A stretch of 64,000 bases of DNA from sequence record MF459647.1; one strand, written 5' to 3'. The translations under genes were made by a program, and so were the position numbers. Positions 55,817 through 64,000 of this stretch are shown here, in pieces. Under the pieces are notes generated by a model, which was not told the DNA's origin, did not search any database, and saw only the letters and a list, made by a program, of their open reading frames with translations. The first letter of the stretch is position 1. Each line of letters starts with the position of its first letter.

Positions 55817-55869
55817 TACACATAAGTCCCCTCTGCCCTTTGCGGGGCAGAGGAGGGCTTTATTATGTT

Positions 55870-58794
55870 TTAGTTTCGAATACTGACATCATGCTGCAAG
55901 AAGCTTACCTCAACGGCTTCCTTCACGCTTAACAATCCGTTGCTGCCTGTTTCCAGAAGCTTACGAACCGAGAAGCCTGACGAACTGTCCAGGTTACTCA
56001 CTACATCCAACGTGGTATCGCCAGCAAAGGCACCAATCTTCACATCCACCACATCACCCCCTGCATCCTTCTTCAACGCCTCAGTGATATCGGACATCCC
56101 TAAGGTATTGCTGGACAGAAGTAAGTTGTTGATGATTTGCGGTGTGGTTGTGCGCAACGACTCTTTCAAGTTAGTGTTGTTGAACCCTGACTTGTTAAGG
56201 TAGTACACCACCTGGAATGCGAGGTCTTGACGAATCACCGTTTCATAGTTGTTGTTCACCATGACGTTGCGATAACCAATCTTGCTCTTCGGTTGGTAGT
56301 ACAATGACGTGCGGTCACGTGCATCGGCGTTAAAGGCTTCCATGTCTTTCGTAATGACCTTGATGAAGTAATCCTTTGTTTCCTGCGCAAAAGCCTGGTC
56401 ATACGAATCGTTACTGAAGAAGTAAGCACCGTCAAACGCGATGAAGTCCCAGTGGTACAGCAAGTCGGCCGGAGCTTTCAAGACCGGTTGTCCGTCTGCC
56501 CCAATCACATAGTCCACGTTAGCCCGGTATTTGTAGATAGGCGAACCACCGGACGTGTACTTAGGCTCACCGATGTTGTGCTCGATGATAGGACGTTTGT
56601 TGACATCCAATACCAGTTTACCTTTATCGTCACGCTGATACACAATCTGCTCGTAGGTATCGGGCACATCGTGGTCATAACGCTGATATTGGTCATCACC
56701 TTTCAATGGACGAATACGGCTGTAGATGTTGGTCAGTTCAGCACCCAGTTGCACTTTGTAACGGGTTTCAATGATGGCCATCATCTGACGCGTAAACAAC
56801 GTCTGGTCCAAACGTTCATCCATAGAGGTTGACGGAACCGTGGTATCCGCTGACACGGTGAAGATAAAGGACAGTTCATCGGTCAGTTGAATGGTAACAT
56901 CACGCACCACACCAAACTGATGCATGTTCTTAATCACCAGCAGGTTGTTGACGTCCACGTCGAAACTGGATTCCAGCTTAAAGCGCCACACGCGTTCTTG
57001 CTGGTCATCGGTACCCATCAGTTCACCGGCGATACAAGCAGGACGTGTGCTGTCTTCCGTAGCGAAAGAGAGCTGGACTCCAACGTTGGCATTCTCCAGC
57101 TGTTTATACCCTTTACCGGATTTGGTCTTCAACAGAATCTCATAGCCGGTATCAGTGTGGTTAATGGTGATTTCACCCACGCCCACTTCCAGTCCCAAGT
57201 TCGGGTTCTCGCCGATATAGGTCGGAAGCATAAACTTCGGTTCGTCCAGGTGATAGGTCCGCAGTACGGTTTGGTTATTGGTTAAGTCAAACACGTAATA
57301 GAACGGAATGTACACCAGGGTATTGTTCGACACCAGTTCAACCTTGGCATCTGAACTCAGACCCATGTAGGCGTTCTTGGTGAGCTGGTTAATCAACACC
57401 GTCGTCGGAGTAGACACATCAAACAGCACACCCGGTGGAATGGTGACGCGTTTACTGTTGTCATACACCACACCGCTGTCAATGAGCGTATTCACCGACG
57501 TCAAGTGACTGCCCACGAAACAGTTCATGGTAGAGTGGAAGTCTTTGTTAGACTGTATCGGCAACTCTTTGGTCACAGAATAACGACGGGCGGTTAACAA
57601 GTCCACTGACCGCACTGAACCATAACCGTAGTTGGCTAACTCCCCGCTCAGGTTAGAATCCGTAATTGGAATCCCACGCTGTCGACGCCCTGCAATGATG
57701 CTCTCCTTTAATACCGTAAACGGAATCGGGTTAGACCCACCGCTAACGATATCCGCAAACTGCCACGCAATCCCACCGCTTGAGGGAAGTTCCATGGAGT
57801 ACGGTCCCAACGCTTTACCGGGATAACGGAAGTCCAGGTAGTTCGGCTGGTATTTGGAAATCTCGATGGAGGTCAGGTCTTTAACCAGTTCGCCTTTGGT
57901 GGTGTAGGTATACAACGTCACCGTCCCGATACCCATACCGTTAGAGATATAGACATCCGGAATCTCATAACGAATGGTGTTGTTCACCGTATCCAGTTTT
58001 AACGCCAGGGTGGGAGTTAACGGATCAAAGGTATCTTGGTCGTAGCTTACCCGCAGTTCAGTGGTTTGGTTGTTCTGGTTGGTTAAGAACGCCCGCACAC
58101 CGTACAGGTAATCAGTGTAGGAATACGCACCTGAACACCCGCTGCTTTCGGTGGAGTTGATTTTGTCAGATACAGCACAGCTAAGCTGACGTACCGGAAT
58201 CTTCACCATCAGGAATTTACGGCCTTCAATCTCACGGAACTCACGTTCCAGCAGGTTGGTAGACAGCACGTTAAACGGGTTGTTGGTCGAGGCATCGTAA
58301 ACTACCTGATAACCGGTACGTTCGTTGTAACGAATTTCAATCCCGTTCTCAATCAGGAAGTCATACCCCGTCACGGTAATCATGGTGTCTTTCGGAATCA
58401 ACACCTTCTTGTACCGTGTGGTCACCATGTTGTCCTGAATTTCCGCATCCTTGGCAATGGCCTTGAGGTTCTCGACGTTAATCGCAAACCACATAGAGCT
58501 GGTGCTGGGGTTAGCGAACAAACCGTACCGTTCTTCATCAGCAATGTTGCGGCTGAGGTCTTCAACGTTACGGGCATGCAGCAGGAAGGTTTTACTGCAC
58601 GCATCGCTGAGGCGGTTCAGGAAGCCGTGCGTGGTCCCGATAATCAAATCCACGCAGAGGATAGCCGGGTGGGCTTTGCTGTTCAGTTGAATGGTGCCGT
58701 TGTTCCAGCTCTGTTCAACTTCATTAATAATCAGGTTCACCCCACGGGTAGGGTTGTTACCTAAGTTAAGGAGGTCATCCTGTGATAAGGCCAT
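55870..58794 (-). CDS. Baseplate wedge protein (T4 gp6/baseplate J-like; phiKZ gp87 position)
   Basis: 974 aa, beta-rich; motifs ARNVEDL..GLFANPSTSSMWF and VSGGSNPIPFTVLKESI resemble gp6/J. Confidence 0.62.
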   Translation of the reverse strand: MALSQDDLLNLGNNPTRGVNLIINEVEQSWNNGTIQLNSKAHPAILCVDLIIGTTHGFLNRLSDACSKTFLLHARNVEDLSRNIADEERYGLFANPSTSSMWFAINVENLKAIAKDAEIQDNMVTTRYKKVLIPKDTMITVTGYDFLIENGIEIRYNERTGYQVVYDASTNNPFNVLSTNLLEREFREIEGRKFLMVKIPVRQLSCAVSDKINSTESSGCSGAYSYTDYLYGVRAFLTNQNNQTTELRVSYDQDTFDPLTPTLALKLDTVNNTIRYEIPDVYISNGMGIGTVTLYTYTTKGELVKDLTSIEISKYQPNYLDFRYPGKALGPYSMELPSSGGIAWQFADIVSGGSNPIPFTVLKESIIAGRRQRGIPITDSNLSGELANYGYGSVRSVDLLTARRYSVTKELPIQSNKDFHSTMNCFVGSHLTSVNTLIDSGVVYDNSKRVTIPPGVLFDVSTPTTVLINQLTKNAYMGLSSDAKVELVSNNTLVYIPFYYVFDLTNNQTVLRTYHLDEPKFMLPTYIGENPNLGLEVGVGEITINHTDTGYEILLKTKSGKGYKQLENANVGVQLSFATEDSTRPACIAGELMGTDDQQERVWRFKLESSFDVDVNNLLVIKNMHQFGVVRDVTIQLTDELSFIFTVSADTTVPSTSMDERLDQTLFTRQMMAIIETRYKVQLGAELTNIYSRIRPLKGDDQYQRYDHDVPDTYEQIVYQRDDKGKLVLDVNKRPIIEHNIGEPKYTSGGSPIYKYRANVDYVIGADGQPVLKAPADLLYHWDFIAFDGAYFFSNDSYDQAFAQETKDYFIKVITKDMEAFNADARDRTSLYYQPKSKIGYRNVMVNNNYETVIRQDLAFQVVYYLNKSGFNNTNLKESLRTTTPQIINNLLLSSNTLGMSDITEALKKDAGGDVVDVKIGAFAGDTTLDVVSNLDSSSGFSVRKLLETGSNGLLSVKEAVEVSFLQHDVSIRN

Positions 58795-59879
58795 TAGCGC
58801 GGTCCCCAGTATTCCAACTCCATGTTGTTAATGTTGATCCATGGATACACACGACCGTACTGTTGCCCGTAGTAGCTCTTGAAATCTAGCTTACGGTAAT
58901 AACTGGCACGACGTTGTGGATGCATGTTCTCATTAAAAAACAGAGTGCAACGGTTAAACATATCAGCAACGCGAATGTTCCCGAAGCGGAAACCTTCACT
59001 GCTAAAGTTAATTTCGAATTCGTCTTGACCCTGACCACGAAGTGTATCCTGGGTACGGTCAATGGTAGAGAAAGCCCCTGAAGGGAACGTGGTGGGCACA
59101 CAACCAGCGTTACAGTAGATACCTTCAATGCTACGCATGTTCTTGTTCAGAATCATGTGGTAGATACGGCAATCGTAATCCGTGTAGTTGGCGTCCAGTG
59201 CTTCTGGGTACGGTTCCATACCTTCGTCGCCTAAACTCACCCCGTCAATATAGTGCAACCAGGCTTCAAACAAATACGGTAAGAAGTTAGGTTTCGGGTT
59301 GTAGTAAGTTTGGCGCATGTCGAAGTCGTGGTTGTACTTCAGGATGCCGTCAACGAACTGCCTGACCTCCTTGCGGAAGCCCGGCTGTGATTTACCCATA
59401 TTGAGACTGAGATCAGGAAAACCAGAGCTGACTTTTACAAGGTTAGTGATTGGCGTAATCCACGGCGTATAGGGGTCCAACATGTCGTTTGGGTTGCCGC
59501 GCCCCCAAACCGGATCGAGCAGTCCTTTAATGTACGCCATCAAACTGTTGGGGCGAGGTTGATATAAAGGAAGCAGTTGTGGGTGCAACCGAACGTTCTC
59601 ATCCGAGAGATTGCAGAGCGGGCGGCTAACAAACACCAATCCTATGGTGTCATCTGGAACAGGTGCAAGCTGATTGCCCGGACCTATAATTCGAATCCCT
59701 TTGAGCATGTTTACCAATGCGGATTGGTATCCAGGACCGCCGTTTTCACTAAAGGCGTAGTCCAAAAAGCTCGGCAAGGTCGTGTTGTCAATGTTGGTGG
59801 ATTTGGGGGCGTTTAACCCCGGGGTACGCTCTAAATCCCCTATCCCAGGGACAGTAGACATTTCACTCATAATCGTCAA
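58794..59879 (-). CDS. Tail-tube-like baseplate protein (tube initiator, T4 gp48/gp54-like)
   Basis: Segments align by eye with the tube protein (IYHMILNKNMRSI vs IYFEPTKNMKDI; YLFEAWLHY vs KMFKIWSQW). Confidence 0.55.
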   Translation of the reverse strand: MTIMSEMSTVPGIGDLERTPGLNAPKSTNIDNTTLPSFLDYAFSENGGPGYQSALVNMLKGIRIIGPGNQLAPVPDDTIGLVFVSRPLCNLSDENVRLHPQLLPLYQPRPNSLMAYIKGLLDPVWGRGNPNDMLDPYTPWITPITNLVKVSSGFPDLSLNMGKSQPGFRKEVRQFVDGILKYNHDFDMRQTYYNPKPNFLPYLFEAWLHYIDGVSLGDEGMEPYPEALDANYTDYDCRIYHMILNKNMRSIEGIYCNAGCVPTTFPSGAFSTIDRTQDTLRGQGQDEFEINFSSEGFRFGNIRVADMFNRCTLFFNENMHPQRRASYYRKLDFKSYYGQQYGRVYPWININNMELEYWGPR

Positions 59880-59902
59880 GTTTCCATGATAAAGAGGAAT
59901 TT

Positions 59903-61006
59903 ATGATCGGTACAGCGCTTAATTTAGGAGCGATGCTCTTAAATCTGGCTAAATTCGCAATGCCAGAAAACAAAGATGTGGATTCTGCGGGTCGTATCAT
60001 AGACACCGCGAGACACTCATACAATGTCCTCAATACCACCAGTATTTCGCAGAGCGCTAACCGTGCCGTGATTGCCCCGATGGTAGGTGTGGACAGCACG
60101 ATTCTTCACCAGGAGTACATGAGCGACGTCATGCAGGTAGTTCAGCTGCGCGACATTATCTCTGTGTTGACGCACCTTAATCTGCAGGGTTCTGTGGGTA
60201 TGGGTGTGAAAATCGAAAACCTGCTGGGCAGTATCCAGCCTAACCGCGGCGGGATGATGGCTTACCTGGGCTGTGAAGCATACACCGACGGCCCGAAAGC
60301 GACCTCCAACAAAAACCCTGACGGTACTTTCAAAAACCCAACCCAGTCTTCTGATGGTGCATCGAAAGATCTGATGGAATACGGTCCGCTGGCCGTCGGT
60401 AAAGTGGTGCAGGCAGAAGTGTACAACGAACACGGTAACAAAGTTACGTTCCCGTTAACCTTCCGTCAGTCTCCGGTCCCAATCAACCTGAAAGACCTGG
60501 AACTCATCTTCTCTGCGGCCAAGCCGGAAGACGGTTTCTTTGCTCGCCTCATGATGGTGAAAACCGGCGAAATCACGTTCCCGGAATTCCTAACCGGTCG
60601 TGACCTGATCAAAGATCGTTTCAAAATCAAAAACCAGGACATGTCTGGCTATTATAAAGAAGCCGACAAACGTGAACGTGCAAACCGCGCGGCAGCGCTG
60701 CGTACTGGTGTGATCTCCATGAACACTATGGCGAACACCTTTATCATGTCTAATGATACCGCTAACCAGGTTGAGCTTCAGATTGGTAAACGTTTTGCCG
60801 ATCCGCGTAGCCGCGAAAAAATCTTTAAATCGGTGAAAGCCAACACCATCGTTGTGTGTAATGAAGACCGTGGCGTATTCACGTTCTACACCAATGGCGT
60901 CGACATGCCGGAAATCTATACTCGTAAAGACATCGCTGTCAAATCGAAGAAAGATTCAGGCAACACGCTGAACGATCTGGTGAAACTGTTGAACGGAGGG
61001 ATGTAA
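59903..61006 (+). CDS. Inner head/inner body protein (phiKZ gp89 position)
   Basis: GAGGA RBS; internal YLGCE motif followed by a flexible linker. Confidence 0.65.
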   Translation: MIGTALNLGAMLLNLAKFAMPENKDVDSAGRIIDTARHSYNVLNTTSISQSANRAVIAPMVGVDSTILHQEYMSDVMQVVQLRDIISVLTHLNLQGSVGMGVKIENLLGSIQPNRGGMMAYLGCEAYTDGPKATSNKNPDGTFKNPTQSSDGASKDLMEYGPLAVGKVVQAEVYNEHGNKVTFPLTFRQSPVPINLKDLELIFSAAKPEDGFFARLMMVKTGEITFPEFLTGRDLIKDRFKIKNQDMSGYYKEADKRERANRAAALRTGVISMNTMANTFIMSNDTANQVELQIGKRFADPRSREKIFKSVKANTIVVCNEDRGVFTFYTNGVDMPEIYTRKDIAVKSKKDSGNTLNDLVKLLNGGM

Positions 61007-61893
61007 TGAATATCCTGGATTACGCAAAGCGCGTCAAGTCAGTAAAAGACGTGGAGTTGCTGGGTACACTCAGTACCGTCACGGTAGGTTTGCAGGACCT
61101 GAAAGAAAACCTGAAAAAGATGGACCTGGCTAACATCGACATCTCTGCCCTGGGCGAGCGTTGGATTGTGGCCAGTAGCATCATGAAAGGCGTTAAGCAG
61201 GATGGCAGCATTCCGGGCAACATGATTCTGACTGAGATGTTGGACATGGGTGCGGATTCAGCTATCTCTACCGCCGCTGAACTGCAGGTGCTGATTAAGA
61301 AGTACAATCAGAAGGTCTGGTCTGGTCACACACTGACGATTCCACAAACCAACATCCTGAACATGATCGAACACCTCGAGTTCTGGACGAACTATTCGTC
61401 TATGCTCGTTGACGTGCTACTGACTCAGTACAACCAGGCTACCGCGCCGGACCGTTACATGACCAAAGCCGACGTGCGTTGGATTAACGGGACCAAAGAC
61501 TTCTACGTCGACTTCAGCAAACAGTTGATGAAAGGGTCTCGCCACATTATCAGCATCCTGAAAGCCATGGATGAGCTGGAAGTGGAAGAAGACGTGGTTG
61601 ACGTGCTGGAGTCCAGCAAAGGCATTAAGTCGGTGTCGGTCGCTACACGCGGTTTCGGTATCCACAACGTAAACCCTCTCTACTGGTACGACAGTATCAA
61701 AGAGAAGGTGGATCTGTGGCGTATCGACAACATGCGTCGCAACAACGAAATGTTTGCGATGAAAATCAATCAGGCCATCAACAAAAAGAACGGCCAGAAC
61801 GATCCGCAGCTGGACCGTCAGATTGAAGTCTACCAGGACGAGATCATCAAGAACCGTGCCAAAATCGAAAGCATCATTGAAAGCTACAATTAA
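61006..61893 (+). CDS. Inner head/inner body protein (phiKZ gp90 position)
   Basis: 295 aa, helical, coupled to the previous gene, GGAGG RBS. Confidence 0.65.
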   Translation: MNILDYAKRVKSVKDVELLGTLSTVTVGLQDLKENLKKMDLANIDISALGERWIVASSIMKGVKQDGSIPGNMILTEMLDMGADSAISTAAELQVLIKKYNQKVWSGHTLTIPQTNILNMIEHLEFWTNYSSMLVDVLLTQYNQATAPDRYMTKADVRWINGTKDFYVDFSKQLMKGSRHIISILKAMDELEVEEDVVDVLESSKGIKSVSVATRGFGIHNVNPLYWYDSIKEKVDLWRIDNMRRNNEMFAMKINQAINKKNGQNDPQLDRQIEVYQDEIIKNRAKIESIIESYN

Positions 61894-61904
61894 GGGGTTT
61901 TCAA

Positions 61905-62426
61905 ATGGCTAATTTTCGACAAGTGAAAAACGGCTTCGTTAACTACGACGTCGGCGACGGCGACCTGATGACCATCATGCGTAACCTGAAACAGTTTATC
62001 TGGTCGGGTTACAGTGATTACAACATCCGTTTGAATCCGCTTATCATCACCGATATTCTGAAACAAACGCGTCTGTTGGTCGGTCAGGACTTCCGAGCAT
62101 TCTTGATGGCAAACTACAACCGCGGTATCGGTTCCCAAGCGGGCCTGGTGCGTGAAGTAGTGAACTATCTGTCAGGTCAGGTGGGTTATCGTTCGGTGAA
62201 CACCGCGATTGTGATTGAAGAGAACAAAATCAAGTCCTACGACAAGTTCGAAAACTGGGGCGCGAAAACCATCTCGGCTAATCACATGGATACCGTAGGG
62301 TTGAGTCAGTTGGATAAAGTCAACGACTACGACTTCTACCGTCTCTGTGCAGGTCTGTCACCGGAACTGCTGGCCCGTATGTTTTTAGTTATCGGCGGGG
62401 AGAACATCGATGTCGGACGTAAATGA
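61905..62426 (+). CDS. Virion-cluster protein
   Basis: 173 aa, AAGGGG RBS. Confidence 0.65.
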   Translation: MANFRQVKNGFVNYDVGDGDLMTIMRNLKQFIWSGYSDYNIRLNPLIITDILKQTRLLVGQDFRAFLMANYNRGIGSQAGLVREVVNYLSGQVGYRSVNTAIVIEENKIKSYDKFENWGAKTISANHMDTVGLSQLDKVNDYDFYRLCAGLSPELLARMFLVIGGENIDVGRK

Positions 62427-63705
62427 TTTATCCGCGCAGATGGCCGCTATTAACGTTGTGGCCTCTACCGAGCTGGTAGAAAAGGTAAGCGACACGCACG
62501 ACCTGGCCCGTCTTCAGAACAAACTGAACGAAAGCCGTAACCGTGCTGAAACCGTTCGTTCGCTGTTGGTGAATACCCAACCGCATGAGCTGACCGTTGA
62601 AGCCGCGAACTACATCGACAACCAGCTCAGTTCTATTGGGGCGCTACAGGTGGACGGTACTACCGTTCAGGGCGTGGAGTCACTGGGTTACACCCTGATG
62701 CCACGTCAGTTCCTGGAAACGCGCCTGGCGGGCTGTGAGGGCTTCCTGTCGAGCTGGGGTGCTAAGACCACCTTTATTGCTAAGCAAATCGCTGCGGCAT
62801 TTAAAGATGCCTGGGTTCTGCTGCGTGAAAGCAACGACAGCCTACTAAGCCGTTTGGATGCGCTGGACAAAGACATACAGCAAGCCGGGACTTTCCCGGA
62901 AGGCACCTCTGAGATTCTCATCGGGTTCCGTCTGTATAACCTGTTCCAGATTAATCACGAAGTAAAGGAAGACTGGATTAACCAGTTGAACAAAGTTAGC
63001 AAGACCATCAACGGCCTGTCGTCTAACTACTACGTGATGTCCAAAAACAACCTCAACAGCACGCTGAGCTATTTTGGTGGTTTCCCTAAGTTAGACGAAG
63101 CGAAAGCCACTGAACGCTACCTGATGCTACCTGCGTCGATTCCGAGCGTACGCTTTAAAGAGTGTACTATCGCCGACCGCACGTGGCCGCAGAAAGGCAT
63201 TGCTGCGTTCCGCAGTGTGGAAATGATGGGCGGGCGTTTCTTTATGGATACCCGTACCCTGGACCGTAACCTGTCGCCGAAGATTCCGGAAGACGTTAAC
63301 CAGTACCTGGTTGGGTATTTGGAAAACGACCGGACGTTCTTTAACAACAAGCCTGAGAAAGAGTATAACGATCTCAAAGAAACCGTGAAGACCTTGGGGT
63401 CTGAACAAATCAAACAGATCGTGAAGCTGGCCCGTACCCTGTTAAAAGACTGGGAAAAGGTGTACATCGACGGCGAGAAGCACAAGCTGGTTGATAAAGA
63501 CTACGAAGGCATCATGAAAGAGTTGCTGGACGCAGAGTGGAATGACGACCTGCGTTACTACGTGTTCAACGCCTTTAACGGCCTGGTCACGAAGAACCAG
63601 CAGGAATTGATTGAGCTGCGGGCGAAGGTGAATACCTACCTGGTGTTCTTAATCAACGGCATCATTGAGATTTGCTACACGTCGATTGAACTCAATCAGG
63701 AGTAA
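62410..63705 (+). CDS. Processed inner-head/ejection protein (phiKZ gp93 / SPN3US gp53-like family)
   Basis: Propeptide ending QGVE...RLAGCE-GFLSSW; 431 aa; GGGGAG RBS. Confidence 0.72.
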   Translation: MSDVNDLSAQMAAINVVASTELVEKVSDTHDLARLQNKLNESRNRAETVRSLLVNTQPHELTVEAANYIDNQLSSIGALQVDGTTVQGVESLGYTLMPRQFLETRLAGCEGFLSSWGAKTTFIAKQIAAAFKDAWVLLRESNDSLLSRLDALDKDIQQAGTFPEGTSEILIGFRLYNLFQINHEVKEDWINQLNKVSKTINGLSSNYYVMSKNNLNSTLSYFGGFPKLDEAKATERYLMLPASIPSVRFKECTIADRTWPQKGIAAFRSVEMMGGRFFMDTRTLDRNLSPKIPEDVNQYLVGYLENDRTFFNNKPEKEYNDLKETVKTLGSEQIKQIVKLARTLLKDWEKVYIDGEKHKLVDKDYEGIMKELLDAEWNDDLRYYVFNAFNGLVTKNQQELIELRAKVNTYLVFLINGIIEICYTSIELNQE

Positions 63706-63708
63706 GTT

Positions 63709-64000
63709 ATGACGCCGTCTGTGTTGATGTCCTATCGGGCAGGATTAGAAGAACATATCTCGTTACGAGAAAGCCATCAACAACTGATTGAGCTGGGTAA
63801 AATCCTGGACATGGACTTAAGCGCTGTGTCCGGGAATGAGGAGTTTGCAGACGACGCCAAAGAAGCGTTAAAAAGCGGTTTCATCTCGTTAGGTCAAGGT
63901 GTGCTATCCGCTAGTAAGTGGGTTGGGGGTCAAGCACTCGACCTGTTTACGAAAAGCATCTCCTCTGCCGGTTCTCAGTTGATGAAGGTCTTTGAAAGCA
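63709..64000 (+). CDS. Processed inner-head protein paralog, truncated by the window end
   Basis: ATG at 63709 with AGGAG RBS; MTPSVLMSYRAGLEEH...AVSGNE-EFADDAKEALKSG; open to the window end. Confidence 0.7.
   Translation, partial: MTPSVLMSYRAGLEEHISLRESHQQLIELGKILDMDLSAVSGNEEFADDAKEALKSGFISLGQGVLSASKWVGGQALDLFTKSISSAGSQLMKVFES

Noticed and set aside
1-64000. Assignment to a specific named phage or genus
   Set aside because: Gene order and motifs support Chimalliviridae, but identity cannot be established without a database comparison

Overview
A 64 kb segment of a nucleus-forming jumbo phage (phiKZ-like, Chimalliviridae). Codon usage of the highly expressed genes suggests an enterobacterial host (inference). 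In order, the window holds: tail sheath and tube; an accessory block (two paralogous processed head proteins, thymidylate kinase, a Tad2/DUF2829-like anti-defence protein); a candidate replication origin; a ~1.2 kb non-coding cluster of structured RNAs; PhuZ tubulin; the polymerase half of the split family-B DNA polymerase; chimallin; non-virion RNA polymerase subunits; an SbcD-like nuclease; a protein with an SSB-type tail; the sigma-like subunit and PicA import factor; an SF2 helicase; a virion RNAP subunit; the exonuclease half of the DNA polymerase; and baseplate and inner-head genes. Most phage-specific gene names rest on motifs plus remembered phiKZ/SPN3US synteny, not on database searches. 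Most notable: (1) an apparent programmed -1 frameshift at a T-TTT-TTT heptamer (48677-48683) fusing a Zn-finger protein to a downstream frame that has no start codon for its first 62 codons; (2) a ~740-nt and a ~170-nt structured RNA upstream of phuZ whose G-U pairs all work only on the + strand; (3) an origin-like locus with a G6-TA-G6 tract, tandem repeats and an AT-rich element; (4) a ~6 kb block bounded by near-identical palindromic hairpins that may be inverted. No tRNA genes, CRISPR arrays, introns or IS elements were recognised.
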